Part shown: in pieces, positions 15,792 to 24,163 of the stretch
Layout: every line of letters starts with the position of its first letter
Numbering within the stretch: the first letter of the stretch is position 1
IMG/VR virus record: IMGVR_UViG_3300033145_001062
Location: 1-57,433 of that record
DNA: 57,433 bases
Reading direction: 5' to 3' (one strand)
Source: a virus
Lineage: Duplodnaviria; Caudoviricetes
Translations under genes and position numbers: made by a program
Notes under the pieces: generated by a model
What the model was told of the DNA's origin: nothing
Seen by the model: only the letters and a program-made list of their open reading frames with translations
Database searches by the model: none

Positions 15792-15860
15792 AAAAAAAAG
15801 GGCGCAGGCAAAAAAGGTGTCAAGGAGGGGATATGCGGTTTGTTAAACCACCTGCGCCCT
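15792..15860 (-). terminator. Terminator-like stem with large internal loop after ssb
   Basis: Perfect 10-bp stem (15851-15860 with 15799-15808) followed by a U-run. Confidence 0.6.
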
Positions 15861-15871
15861 GGTTTGCCATG

Positions 15872-16282
15872 TTAAAAGGGGATTTCTTCCCCGTCATCAT
15901 CATTAACATCATCACCTTCAACTTGAATATTAGCCAATCTTGCCCATTTTTTCCCCGGTTCCTTCTCGTCTTCTACGTGAATAATATTCGCTTTAAATGA
16001 AGTTCCGACAATATCAAGGTTCTCGCTTAGATGAATTGTGCCATCTTCCCTTTCCTTCCCGCCCAAAGCTTTTAGGAGCTGGCCATAACGCTCATCCCAA
16101 GGGATAAAAGATTCAGCATGCCAGCGTTTTTCCTCATTGTTTCCGGTAACCCTAAATTTGAATAATACGGTTACAAAATCCCCCTGGCTGCCGGATCGCT
16201 TTCGCTTTTCAGGTTCCTCTGAAAGCATAAAAGTATAGGTTCCTTCCGGTAACATTCTCGGTTGATGATCTGGTAATTTCAT
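15872..16282 (-). CDS. Putative single-stranded DNA-binding protein (DUF669-like)
   Basis: LPEGTY start, beta-rich core, acidic tail ending DDDGEEIPF; lies near the Sak4-like gene. Confidence 0.75.
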   Translation of the reverse strand: MKLPDHQPRMLPEGTYTFMLSEEPEKRKRSGSQGDFVTVLFKFRVTGNNEEKRWHAESFIPWDERYGQLLKALGGKEREDGTIHLSENLDIVGTSFKANIIHVEDEKEPGKKWARLANIQVEGDDVNDDDGEEIPF

Positions 16283-16557
16283 TATTTATCTCCTTTAATT
16301 TTGTTTAATGGTTTGAAAATATAGTAACGATATGTATAATCAAAATCATCACAAAAAGTACCAACATAATTAGGGTATCTACCCACTGTGCAATCTGGCT
16401 CATTTGAAGCCCCATCCCTCGCACATATAGCAAGGTAGCCCGCTTTAGCTATATTTTCATAGGGATCATCTGAATCTAAAACTTGATAATTCCGATACCT
16501 AAGCCCAATTGTTTCGGGGTCTAATCCAAAAACTTCCTTAATTTTTTCTTCATTCAT
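16282..16557 (-). CDS. Hypothetical protein
   Basis: ORF track. Confidence 0.6.
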   Translation of the reverse strand: MNEEKIKEVFGLDPETIGLRYRNYQVLDSDDPYENIAKAGYLAICARDGASNEPDCTVGRYPNYVGTFCDDFDYTYRYYIFKPLNKIKGDK

Positions 16558-16730
16558 TTCTTCTCCTTTTTTAATACGATTATTTCATATTCTAAGCTAA
16601 AAATTTTATCTTTTAAGCTGGCTATCTTCTCTGTCAATTTGCTACAGCATGTGCTGCAAAAAACAAGCTCCCCTCCCTCCATATCTTTCCTACACTCATC
16701 ACAATAACTTAATATTGCCGCTATAGTCAT
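16554..16730 (-). CDS. 58-aa Zn-finger/coiled-coil protein (paralog of 20008..20205)
   Basis: Hand translation ..CDECRKDMEEGELVFCSTCCSKL.. Confidence 0.6.
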   Translation of the reverse strand: MTIAAILSYCDECRKDMEGGELVFCSTCCSKLTEKIASLKDKIFSLEYEIIVLKKEKK

Positions 16731-17782
16731 TATTTCTTCTCCTTCTCTTTCTTAGGTTTTTCTTCTTCGACCTTAGCCTTGATTAATGATTTATTCTTCA
16801 AAGCCTTATAGCCGATAATTAAAATTTCAGTTTGCATTCCGCTTATTTCTTTTTTTGATTTAGTGTTAAATATCTCCTGCATGAGTTTCAGTCGGGCAGT
16901 TTTGACATCACTGTTTTGAGCTGATCCTGGACAAAGCAGGTGAATCTCTGCTTCAATTTTTTCAATCATAATATCATGTTCTCTCCCTCTATCATATCTG
17001 TTATTATCTGGGAACATGTCCTCAGAATTACGCTCAGAATCAAGAGCCCTGTGTTTACCATGAATATTTAATTTTTTAATGTGCGGTAAAAATTCCTTGA
17101 ATCCAGGATCATCAAAATGTTTCCCGTCAATAGTATCAAATCTGTCTTTTACAACCCAGGCTCTATGGACCCAGCCGGCCCCCGCCCTTGCTGATGTGCG
17201 GTGTTTTACAAGCTCTACAAGAAGAGATGGTTCAAATGCAGTCTCAACCTCAGCCTTCATTTTAGTTCCAGTTCGTTTTGTTTCAAGTACGCCTTCCTCA
17301 TCTTCAATATCTTCCCAGACATCGCCTACCCTACCGCACATGATTATATGAAGTTTGGAGTTTACAAATTTCTCTGTAAACTCTCTCCAGGTCTGTTTTA
17401 GGGGTATCCAATGACGTAAAGTTATCCTGGATAAATTATGCTTTTTCTGATAGGCGTCCATTAATTCATTCCAGAAATGTGTTATTGAATCGATTATTAT
17501 TATTGAACCCTTCTTTTCAGCCTCATCAACTCCGGCAATCAGATCCTTAAACGCTCTTGATTTTGCTACAAGAAGCTTAACTTTAGCATCCTTAAATTTC
17601 TCCAGCACAAAATCACTTCCTGTTTCCGTATCGAGGAAATATACCGGCTTTTTAGCTTTAGTAAAAGCATGTAAACCTATGGCAATATCAGAAGCCGTCC
17701 ACGTCTTCCCGCTTCCCGCCCCGCCATACATTCCCATTTTTAGAAAAGCCATTTCTAATTCTCCAACTTTAAAAATACTCAT
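16730..17782 (-). CDS. AAA_24 / Sak4-like ATPase (recombination/annealing protein)
   Basis: Walker A GGAGSGKT, LDTETGS, Walker B IIIDSITHFW, VKDR. Confidence 0.85.
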   Translation of the reverse strand: MSIFKVGELEMAFLKMGMYGGAGSGKTWTASDIAIGLHAFTKAKKPVYFLDTETGSDFVLEKFKDAKVKLLVAKSRAFKDLIAGVDEAEKKGSIIIIDSITHFWNELMDAYQKKHNLSRITLRHWIPLKQTWREFTEKFVNSKLHIIMCGRVGDVWEDIEDEEGVLETKRTGTKMKAEVETAFEPSLLVELVKHRTSARAGAGWVHRAWVVKDRFDTIDGKHFDDPGFKEFLPHIKKLNIHGKHRALDSERNSEDMFPDNNRYDRGREHDIMIEKIEAEIHLLCPGSAQNSDVKTARLKLMQEIFNTKSKKEISGMQTEILIIGYKALKNKSLIKAKVEEEKPKKEKEKK

Positions 17783-17850
17783 TTTATTTTCTCCTTTATT
17801 TAAAACTTTTTTTGGAATCCTTTTTTTTGATAACTGTCATTTTTTCTCCT

Positions 17851-18285
17851 TTACTTGATATCAGAAAAATACATTGTAAAGTGCTTTAAGAAATATGCCT
17901 TTTTGCGTTCAATTTCCTCTATTTCCTGTTTTTTCTTTTTAATTTCATCATCAAGTTGAGCTACAACTTCACCCTTATTAATCTGCAATGTTTCGTCATA
18001 ATCACCTGCAATCTCAACATCTTTAGATTCGCTATTATAAGATAAGAATACGAGTTTTGTTTCACTATAAGAGATATCAAGATAAACAACAGTTGCCGTT
18101 GGCAATTTTTCGAATAAAGTAAATCCAACAATTACTCCGCTATGGACTTCAAAGGTATCGGTGTATTTTTTAGTTAAAACCTTAACCCTATCTCCAACTC
18201 TGAACCTGTCGACTCGCTTCATTTGGCGAGTATCGACCTCAAACTTTACTCCATTAATCTCAATAAGTCTTTTTTCTTCATTCAT
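17851..18285 (-). CDS. Hypothetical protein (SH3/KOW-like plus coiled coil)
   Basis: FRVGDRVKV motif; AAGGAG SD. Confidence 0.65.
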   Translation of the reverse strand: MNEEKRLIEINGVKFEVDTRQMKRVDRFRVGDRVKVLTKKYTDTFEVHSGVIVGFTLFEKLPTATVVYLDISYSETKLVFLSYNSESKDVEIAGDYDETLQINKGEVVAQLDDEIKKKKQEIEEIERKKAYFLKHFTMYFSDIK

Positions 18286-18431
18286 TTTTTTCTCCTTGAC
18301 AATGAATAACCAACAATATATATTAGCTATATTGATAGATTTTCATCCTTTTGAGTCCCCCATTTAACTCCTTTTTTGGGGGGCTTTTTCTCTACCAAAA
18401 ATTTTACCCAATTTAAAATCTTTCCATATAG

Positions 18432-18450
18432 CCTCCATTTTAATTATTTT
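18432..18450. repeat. 19-bp direct repeat, copy 1
   Basis: CCTCCATTTTAATTATTTT, identical to 18729-18747. Confidence 0.85.
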
Positions 18451-18716
18451 CATATATTCTCTTTTAATTTTTTAATTTGCTTCATTAATTTTTTAATTTG
18501 CTTTCTCTGATAGACTGCGGTAATATAGATTTCTGCTAATTGATGATCATGTGTCCCGAAAAAAAAGCCAGATCCAAACATATGGGGTAGAAAATTAAAT
18601 CTCATCATTTCCGCAAATTTTTGTTTAAATTTTTTATCTTCAAATTCGTTTGAATAAACTTTTAAAAAATTATCAATTAGCTCCATAAACGCAGCCGTAT
18701 CTAATTCATATGACAT
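18450..18716 (-). CDS. Hypothetical protein flanked by 19-bp direct repeats
   Basis: ORF track; GGAGG SD within the repeat. Confidence 0.65.
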   Translation of the reverse strand: MSYELDTAAFMELIDNFLKVYSNEFEDKKFKQKFAEMMRFNFLPHMFGSGFFFGTHDHQLAEIYITAVYQRKQIKKLMKQIKKLKENI

Positions 18717-18728
18717 TTTATCTTATCT

Positions 18729-18747
18729 CCTCCATTTTAATTATTTT
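18729..18747. repeat. 19-bp direct repeat, copy 2
   Basis: Identical to 18432-18450. Confidence 0.85.
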
Positions 18748-18861
18748 TCCTCAATTCCCTTAAAGCCTCATCAAGCTTCCAGGCCAGTTTCAATATCATG
18801 CTCCGGCCTTTAAAGATAAAGAATATATCAATTACTAATAATAAGGCTATGATTAGCCGAA

Positions 18862-19134
18862 TCATCTTAACCGCTCCAATTCAATTTTGATCTTAGCCTG
18901 TTTTTTTTCAAGCTCGATAATTCTGTTATCATCCGGTATCAGACCCAGGAAACGTCCAACAATTTCAGCATATTTGTCGCTGGGCCTAAATCGCTCGGAT
19001 TCCCAGTTGCTCAATGTTTGATAAGATATGCCAGTAGCTTTCATTATGCGATATTTATTAGTCTTTTTCTTCTGCATAGTTCCTGTAAAATTCGATCCGG
19101 ATAGTTTAATTTTTATTTTATATAGAGTAGTCAT
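18862..19134 (-). CDS. XRE/Cro-like HTH regulator
   Basis: IMKATGISYQTLSNWES.R..P. Confidence 0.75.
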   Translation of the reverse strand: MTTLYKIKIKLSGSNFTGTMQKKKTNKYRIMKATGISYQTLSNWESERFRPSDKYAEIVGRFLGLIPDDNRIIELEKKQAKIKIELERLR

Positions 19135-19538
19135 TTATCCATCCCAAGCTTAATTTGTGAGATTATTTTATTTATATCAAAATTATTTAACCAAAGAACA
19201 TTTTCAAAGTTCCTATTTGTTTTATTATAAATAGGTTTAAATTGTTCAATTAATTGTGCCTCAACTATTAATAATTCTTTTCCATTTTCAATTCTAATAA
19301 TTTTTATTCTCATAATTTCATCTGAATATGGGCTATTTAATGAACAATGACTCCTCAATCTATTACCTATGCCACCTGAACAGCCAATATAAATAATATC
19401 TTTATTTGAATATAGTATATAAATTCCCCTTATACAAAGATGACGAAAAAATAACTTATTTATTGGAATTGATATAATTTTCCCACAAGGGAAATGGGAA
19501 TCAATTACATTTTCAATATCTTCTATAAAAGTACTCAT
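19131..19538 (-). CDS. GIY-YIG nuclease
   Basis: GIYILY...IYIG...RLRSH...E..LI...P.YN. Confidence 0.85.
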   Translation of the reverse strand: MSTFIEDIENVIDSHFPCGKIISIPINKLFFRHLCIRGIYILYSNKDIIYIGCSGGIGNRLRSHCSLNSPYSDEIMRIKIIRIENGKELLIVEAQLIEQFKPIYNKTNRNFENVLWLNNFDINKIISQIKLGMDK

Positions 19539-19777
19539 TATCCCAACCTTTCTAATTTAGCTTTGATTTCTTCAATTTCCTTCCCTTGTCTTGAAACCTC
19601 TGAAATAATAGTCCTATCTCCGCATCTTATCCGTTTCCAATACTCCTGCTGATGTTCTGTACAACAAAAATAATGTTCTTTCCTGTTTGTATCAAAACTA
19701 ACTTCGCATTCTTCTAATCGGCAAATTCTATGAAACTTAAATTTAAGGGCTTTTTGTGCTTTCTTTGTGGTTTTCAT
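19538..19777 (-). CDS. Zn-finger hypothetical protein
   Basis: C....C...F......FC...H pattern; GGAGG SD. Confidence 0.6.
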   Translation of the reverse strand: MKTTKKAQKALKFKFHRICRLEECEVSFDTNRKEHYFCCTEHQQEYWKRIRCGDRTIISEVSRQGKEIEEIKAKLERLG

Positions 19778-19819
19778 TATTTAACCTCCGTTTTTTCTAT
19801 ATCATTCATGTACACGATT

Positions 19820-19848
19820 ATTATATAGCCTCTATAGCACAAAGTCAA
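19820..19848 (-). promoter_or_regulatory. Sigma70 promoter
   Basis: TTGACT-17-TATAAT. Confidence 0.8.
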
Positions 19849-20007
19849 CCCCCAATCTCACCCCTTCCGCCTCTTCCTCTTCTTTGATTTAAAAATAGCC
19901 TTCCAGAGCAGCCCGATTACAATCAATAAATCAATGAAAATTAGCGCTGCGATTATAGCCATTGCTGTTATTTCTATCATTTATCTTTCCCCCTTTTTAT
20001 TAAAAAA

Positions 20008-20205
20008 TTAATCTGGCAGCTTTGATATTGCTGTCTTTAAATCCCATTCTAATCCGGCTATTTTATCTTCTAATTCTTTTACTCTCTCTGCACAGCCGGC
20101 TAAGCCACCCTCTAATTTACTATAACAATCCCTGCAATAAACTAGATTGCCCTCCTCAAGTTGTTTCTGACAGCTATCACAAGTCGTTTCAATTTTAATT
20201 GGCAT
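20008..20205 (-). CDS. Zn-finger/coiled-coil protein
   Basis: CDSC...VYCRDC. Confidence 0.6.
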   Translation of the reverse strand: MPIKIETTCDSCQKQLEEGNLVYCRDCYSKLEGGLAGCAERVKELEDKIAGLEWDLKTAISKLPD

Positions 20206-20208
20206 TAT

Positions 20209-20409
20209 TTAATCCTCCGTTTTTCCAAACATTATATTGTTAAGATTCATATCTATTATAAGCTGTCCAGTATGCCGACCAAAGAATACAACCTCAGCAC
20301 GCCTTAGCTCTACTTTTCCATTATACCGGAAAGGCTCAATTTCCTTGAGGATCTCAACTGGAGTTCCATATTTTGTTTTGCCTTTCAATCCTGGAGTTAT
20401 TTCTATCAT
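20209..20409 (-). CDS. Hypothetical protein
   Basis: ORF track. Confidence 0.55.
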   Translation of the reverse strand: MIEITPGLKGKTKYGTPVEILKEIEPFRYNGKVELRRAEVVFFGRHTGQLIIDMNLNNIMFGKTED

Positions 20410-20420
20410 TTATCCCCCTT

Positions 20421-20645
20421 CTAAAATGGGATAGTCTCAATATAATCATATCCAGTTTTATCTAATAATTCAGAATAAGTGCCTACGAAATATTTATCTT
20501 GATTGATTTCGTATATATGAACAGTCTCAGTCATGCTTCGTTTAAAAGTATAGTCAAACCCCATTAGTTTTTTATATACTTTTTTAGCCTCTGAATATGT
20601 CGTGTAATGTTTTTTTATTTTTTTCGGCTCCTCCAAATTTGCCAT
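20421..20645 (-). CDS. Hypothetical protein
   Basis: ORF track; AAGGAG SD. Confidence 0.6.
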   Translation of the reverse strand: MANLEEPKKIKKHYTTYSEAKKVYKKLMGFDYTFKRSMTETVHIYEINQDKYFVGTYSELLDKTGYDYIETIPF

Positions 20646-20793
20646 TATTTTTTCTCCTTATCTTTAGTTATTACCACAATTAATAAACAAGTTATTATTG
20701 CTGCTAATACATTATCCTGGGCAAGACAAAGCACCACTGTGCCTATACCTATTACAAGAACCGTAATATTTTCCCAAAAAGAACCTTTTAATT

Positions 20794-21090
20794 TCATCCA
20801 AATCTCCTTTTTAATAAATTTAAAACATAGGCAGCAGCGATAAAAGACCCTCTATGAAATTCTCTTGTAGCGTTGTCAAGAGCAGAATTCTTTCCTTTTC
20901 TATGTGCTATTTTGTAATTTATCAAGGTCTCTTTGAGGTCATTTATTTTCTTTTTTAGCTTTATATTTTCTTCTTCAGGGCTTAGTTCCGTAATTATATT
21001 TTTCATCCCTACCTTCTTTTTCTCCGCATCTTTCTCCAGCTTTGCAAGCCTTGTTACGGTAGAGTAAAATCCTTCAGTTAATTCGTCCAT
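20794..21090 (-). CDS. Hypothetical protein
   Basis: ORF track; GAGGTG SD. Confidence 0.6.
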   Translation of the reverse strand: MDELTEGFYSTVTRLAKLEKDAEKKKVGMKNIITELSPEEENIKLKKKINDLKETLINYKIAHRKGKNSALDNATREFHRGSFIAAAYVLNLLKRRFG

Positions 21091-21426
21091 TTATCACCTC
21101 ATATAATTTAATCGATATTGCCTTCTTTTCCTCTCTCCGATCCGCTTGCGCTCCTGGATATAGACGCTCAATACTTTTTTATCTATCGCAGACAGCTTGA
21201 TTTTCTTGGTTTTCTTTTTCTCTTTCATTGCCCCGCACCGGATGACCCGATTTTAACTATGAGATTATGGGTTGTTGTGATTATCTTTTCCTTGAGAAAT
21301 CTCAACTCTTTTGGATTTAATTTTCTATTAATGAGGTTTTTTGCAGATATTTGTATAGTAGATTCTAACCAATATAAAAAAATTTTATCATTTTTTTTCA
21401 TCCTTTTTTTTCTCCTTTTATTTTCC

Positions 21427-21786
21427 TTAAACAGCCCAGGCGCCAGGATAGGTTTTTGCGTGTTTATCCAAAGCTTTATTCCACGCTGTTACTGGGAAAA
21501 AAACATCACTAAGGCTCCTTGCCCCATTAAAAGCCTCAACCGGGACTATTTTAATATATTCCCTATGATCTACTCCCAGCTCAGCCTCAAATATGTTACA
21601 AAAATTCACAAGATCGTCAAAGTCCCCGCAAAATAAATGGCCTAACATAGCCTGGTCAACCTCATAAGTTTGTTTTTCATTTTCATTCATTTTAATACCA
21701 TCCCTTTTTTTTATTTTCATCAACTTTTTTCCCAAACTCATCCGCTTTACATTGTAAGCATAATTTTTTACCAGCATAAATTTCAT
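21427..21786 (-). CDS. Hypothetical protein (true start probably internal)
   Basis: ORF track. Confidence 0.5.
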   Translation of the reverse strand: MKFMLVKNYAYNVKRMSLGKKLMKIKKRDGIKMNENEKQTYEVDQAMLGHLFCGDFDDLVNFCNIFEAELGVDHREYIKIVPVEAFNGARSLSDVFFPVTAWNKALDKHAKTYPGAWAV

Positions 21787-22158
21787 GTAGGGTTATTTTC
21801 CCGCATTTTTCACAATAGATTTTTTCCGTTGGGACCTGGTTTAATAATTGTTTTAAATTCATTTTATTTTCTCCTTTTGATATTCAAAGGACAAGAAGTA
21901 TCCAACGCCCAATCAACTGTGTCAGGCTCGTTGAGAGCTACATAGCTCCTATTATCATTGAAATCCGATAATGAGGCTTTACTTCTTTCCACGCCCCCAG
22001 TCCAAAATACTCGATACCTACTAATGACATAACGTCTACCAATGCCCGAAGGTCTTTTGGATTTTTCAGTATTTTTCTCCGCTGGTTGGTGCGTCCTGTT
22101 TACCATGATTTTTGTCTCGTGTCTCCTTGTCCTTTGATGTCTCATTTGTTATATATAT

Positions 22159-22187
22159 AATATAGTATATAAAGCAATGTTTGTCAA
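22159..22187 (-). promoter_or_regulatory. Probable early promoter at the start of the early region
   Basis: TTGACA-17-TATATT after a non-coding gap that follows the tail genes. Confidence 0.7.
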
Positions 22188-22435
22188 CCCCTAAATTCGA
22201 GCTATTTTCAGGGATAGCCATAACTTGTTTATTTATATAGAGTTAGAGGGGTAAATTAATTTAAAATAAATTGAAATGAAAGAGTCGGTTTTAGGTAAAA
22301 GAGGGCAATTTTTAATTTTTATCTTCCCGTGGCTCTATTCTGTTATGGTATATCAGCAAAAAAACTGGGAAAATAATCACCCCATAAGCTAATCCAATCG
22401 TTATCCCTAGCATAGTTTTGAGCAGGTTTTTCATC

Positions 22436-22804
22436 TTATTCCTCTAAAGTCAGCGTCAAGGTTTGATTCGTCGGGGTCACAGACAGCCGGATCCCACGTA
22501 AAAGCCCCGTATGATTAACGTCTTTTGTCGCCGAAACTCTCTCCTCCACTGTAATTGAATCACGAATCTCTACAGGAACTGGACAGAATTCGGAGACTAC
22601 CTCGAGATATTCCTTCTTATCCTTTAGGCGAGCTAATAAAGCCGTTGCCATATTCCCAGCATCCGCATCGCTCTGGAAGAGTACATTATCGACCTGTAAA
22701 GACTTCTCCCCTCCGACTAAAGCTTTATCAGCATCCGAGGCTTCTGCTGATCCCCTAAATTTGAAGATTTCCGTCTGCTCTGGCTTGCTATATATTACGG
22801 CCAT
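22436..22804 (-). CDS. Tail protein resembling the C-terminal part of a baseplate hub
   Basis: EKSLQVDNVLFQS..AGNMATALL...PVEIRDSITV...LTLTL pattern. Confidence 0.5.
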   Translation of the reverse strand: MAVIYSKPEQTEIFKFRGSAEASDADKALVGGEKSLQVDNVLFQSDADAGNMATALLARLKDKKEYLEVVSEFCPVPVEIRDSITVEERVSATKDVNHTGLLRGIRLSVTPTNQTLTLTLEE

Positions 22805-23040
22805 TATTTTTTACCCTTCCCATTTGGTATTGTCTTTTTTGGAATAGCTGGGACGTCCTTTCTTTCAAGAAATCGATTGTCATTAGACAAGCTCCATTGT
22901 TCACCTGGATTATCAAGGCTTATCCCGAGTTCGACTGCTATTTCGTTTAAAAGTTCTTGCACCTCTGCTTGAACCTGCCTGGCCTCATTTTTTGCAGCCC
23001 TAATAGCATATTGCTGTACCTTGCTTAGTTCTTTTTTCAT
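22804..23040 (-). CDS. Hypothetical protein
   Basis: ORF track; coupled to neighbours. Confidence 0.6.
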   Translation of the reverse strand: MKKELSKVQQYAIRAAKNEARQVQAEVQELLNEIAVELGISLDNPGEQWSLSNDNRFLERKDVPAIPKKTIPNGKGKK

Positions 23041-23285
23041 ATTTTTGTCTCCAATTTTACTGAACCTATATATATCTCCCCACCATCACATTCAGGGCAA
23101 ATATCTACTCCTCCACATGACGCATTAAGCACAGGCTTGCCACAGCCAATACAAGGGGCAGTTTCGTCATACTCTATTTCCTTATAAGTCCCGTCTTTTT
23201 TCGGTATTCTTAATTTTTTCATTTTTTTTATCTCCGATTTATTTCTTTGCAATAACTTCCTGCAAACCTCAACCGTTCTCTCCAA
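23037..23285 (-). CDS. Small Zn-finger protein (start probably near 23222)
   Basis: CIGC...CPEC. Confidence 0.55.
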   Translation of the reverse strand: MERTVEVCRKLLQRNKSEIKKMKKLRIPKKDGTYKEIEYDETAPCIGCGKPVLNASCGGVDICPECDGGEIYIGSVKLETKI

Positions 23286-24163
23286 TTATAATCAAACATA
23301 TAATACTGGCATCCCTGCCCTCCAGCCTCTATAGTCTCTTTCATAATCCGCTTCATACCTGCAAATCCCAGGCTCGTGTCTATGTCGAAATATTCGTTAC
23401 GAATAACTGGTTTATCATATCCTAAATATTGTTTAATCCAGTCTTTTGTCCACTCTCTATGAATAGATATAATTTGGTTATCGCTCTTTATCGGATCAAA
23501 TCTGTCTGAATATTCCCGCCCATTGGTGCAATGCCCCCAAGCTCCCGCCGAACAGATACCACCCCTATCATTTACATATTTTATTATCTCCCTTACCTTG
23601 TTTATATTATCTACGGCACAAAATTCATTGTGAGCGTCATAAAATACATTCGGCAAATCTATAGTAGCATCTACCGCCTGACGATAATCACCCATCTGGT
23701 CTATAAGCCCGTGATTATAAAGTCCCACCTCTACGATAATCCCATTTTTACCCATCTTTATACAATGTTGTCGCCATAGCCCCATGTCCTTACATATACC
23801 ATGTCGGACATAATTAATCCCAGATTTAATCAGTTCACTTTCATACTCTTCTAAATCTGCTACTCCCCAGTTGTTCCACCATTTTTTCTCTAAAAATAAT
23901 GCTTTCCAACGTGAACAACCAATCAATATAATGGGTTCTGTACCGCCATCTTTATAACAGAGAACACCATCATGGATTGCAAGCTTAGCGGGCTTCAGTG
24001 TTGGGGGGGGTTCGGGCGGTTCGGGCGGCGTTGGTTCAGGCGGTTCAGGCGGTTCAGGCGGTTTAATTGGGTCGGGATCGGGGTTTCCGGTTGAAGCCTT
24101 TCGGTAAAATAAAACAATCCCTATGATTAATATAACAGCCAATAATATTATTAATAATTTCAT
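23228..24163 (-). CDS. Membrane-anchored, Pro-linker, GH-A/GH5-like protein
   Basis: N-terminal TM helix, (PPE)n linker, SGINYVRHG, NVFYDAHNEF, KPVIRNEY. Confidence 0.65.
   Translation of the reverse strand: MKLLIILLAVILIIGIVLFYRKASTGNPDPDPIKPPEPPEPPEPTPPEPPEPPPTLKPAKLAIHDGVLCYKDGGTEPIILIGCSRWKALFLEKKWWNNWGVADLEEYESELIKSGINYVRHGICKDMGLWRQHCIKMGKNGIIVEVGLYNHGLIDQMGDYRQAVDATIDLPNVFYDAHNEFCAVDNINKVREIIKYVNDRGGICSAGAWGHCTNGREYSDRFDPIKSDNQIISIHREWTKDWIKQYLGYDKPVIRNEYFDIDTSLGFAGMKRIMKETIEAGGQGCQYYMFDYNWRERLRFAGSYCKEINRR

Noticed and set aside
21118-21636. 172-aa hydrophobic plus-strand ORF
   Set aside because: Phe/Leu richness reflects the A-rich minus strand, which carries SD-led small ORFs here.
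21864-22145. 93-aa minus-strand ORF after the early promoter
   Set aside because: No SD or recognisable motif; a shorter SD-led ORF in another frame (ATG near 22106) is equally plausible, so it was not called.
23995-24090. GC-rich 9-bp tandem repeats
   Set aside because: Explained by the coding Pro-Pro-Glu linker of the membrane-anchored hydrolase.
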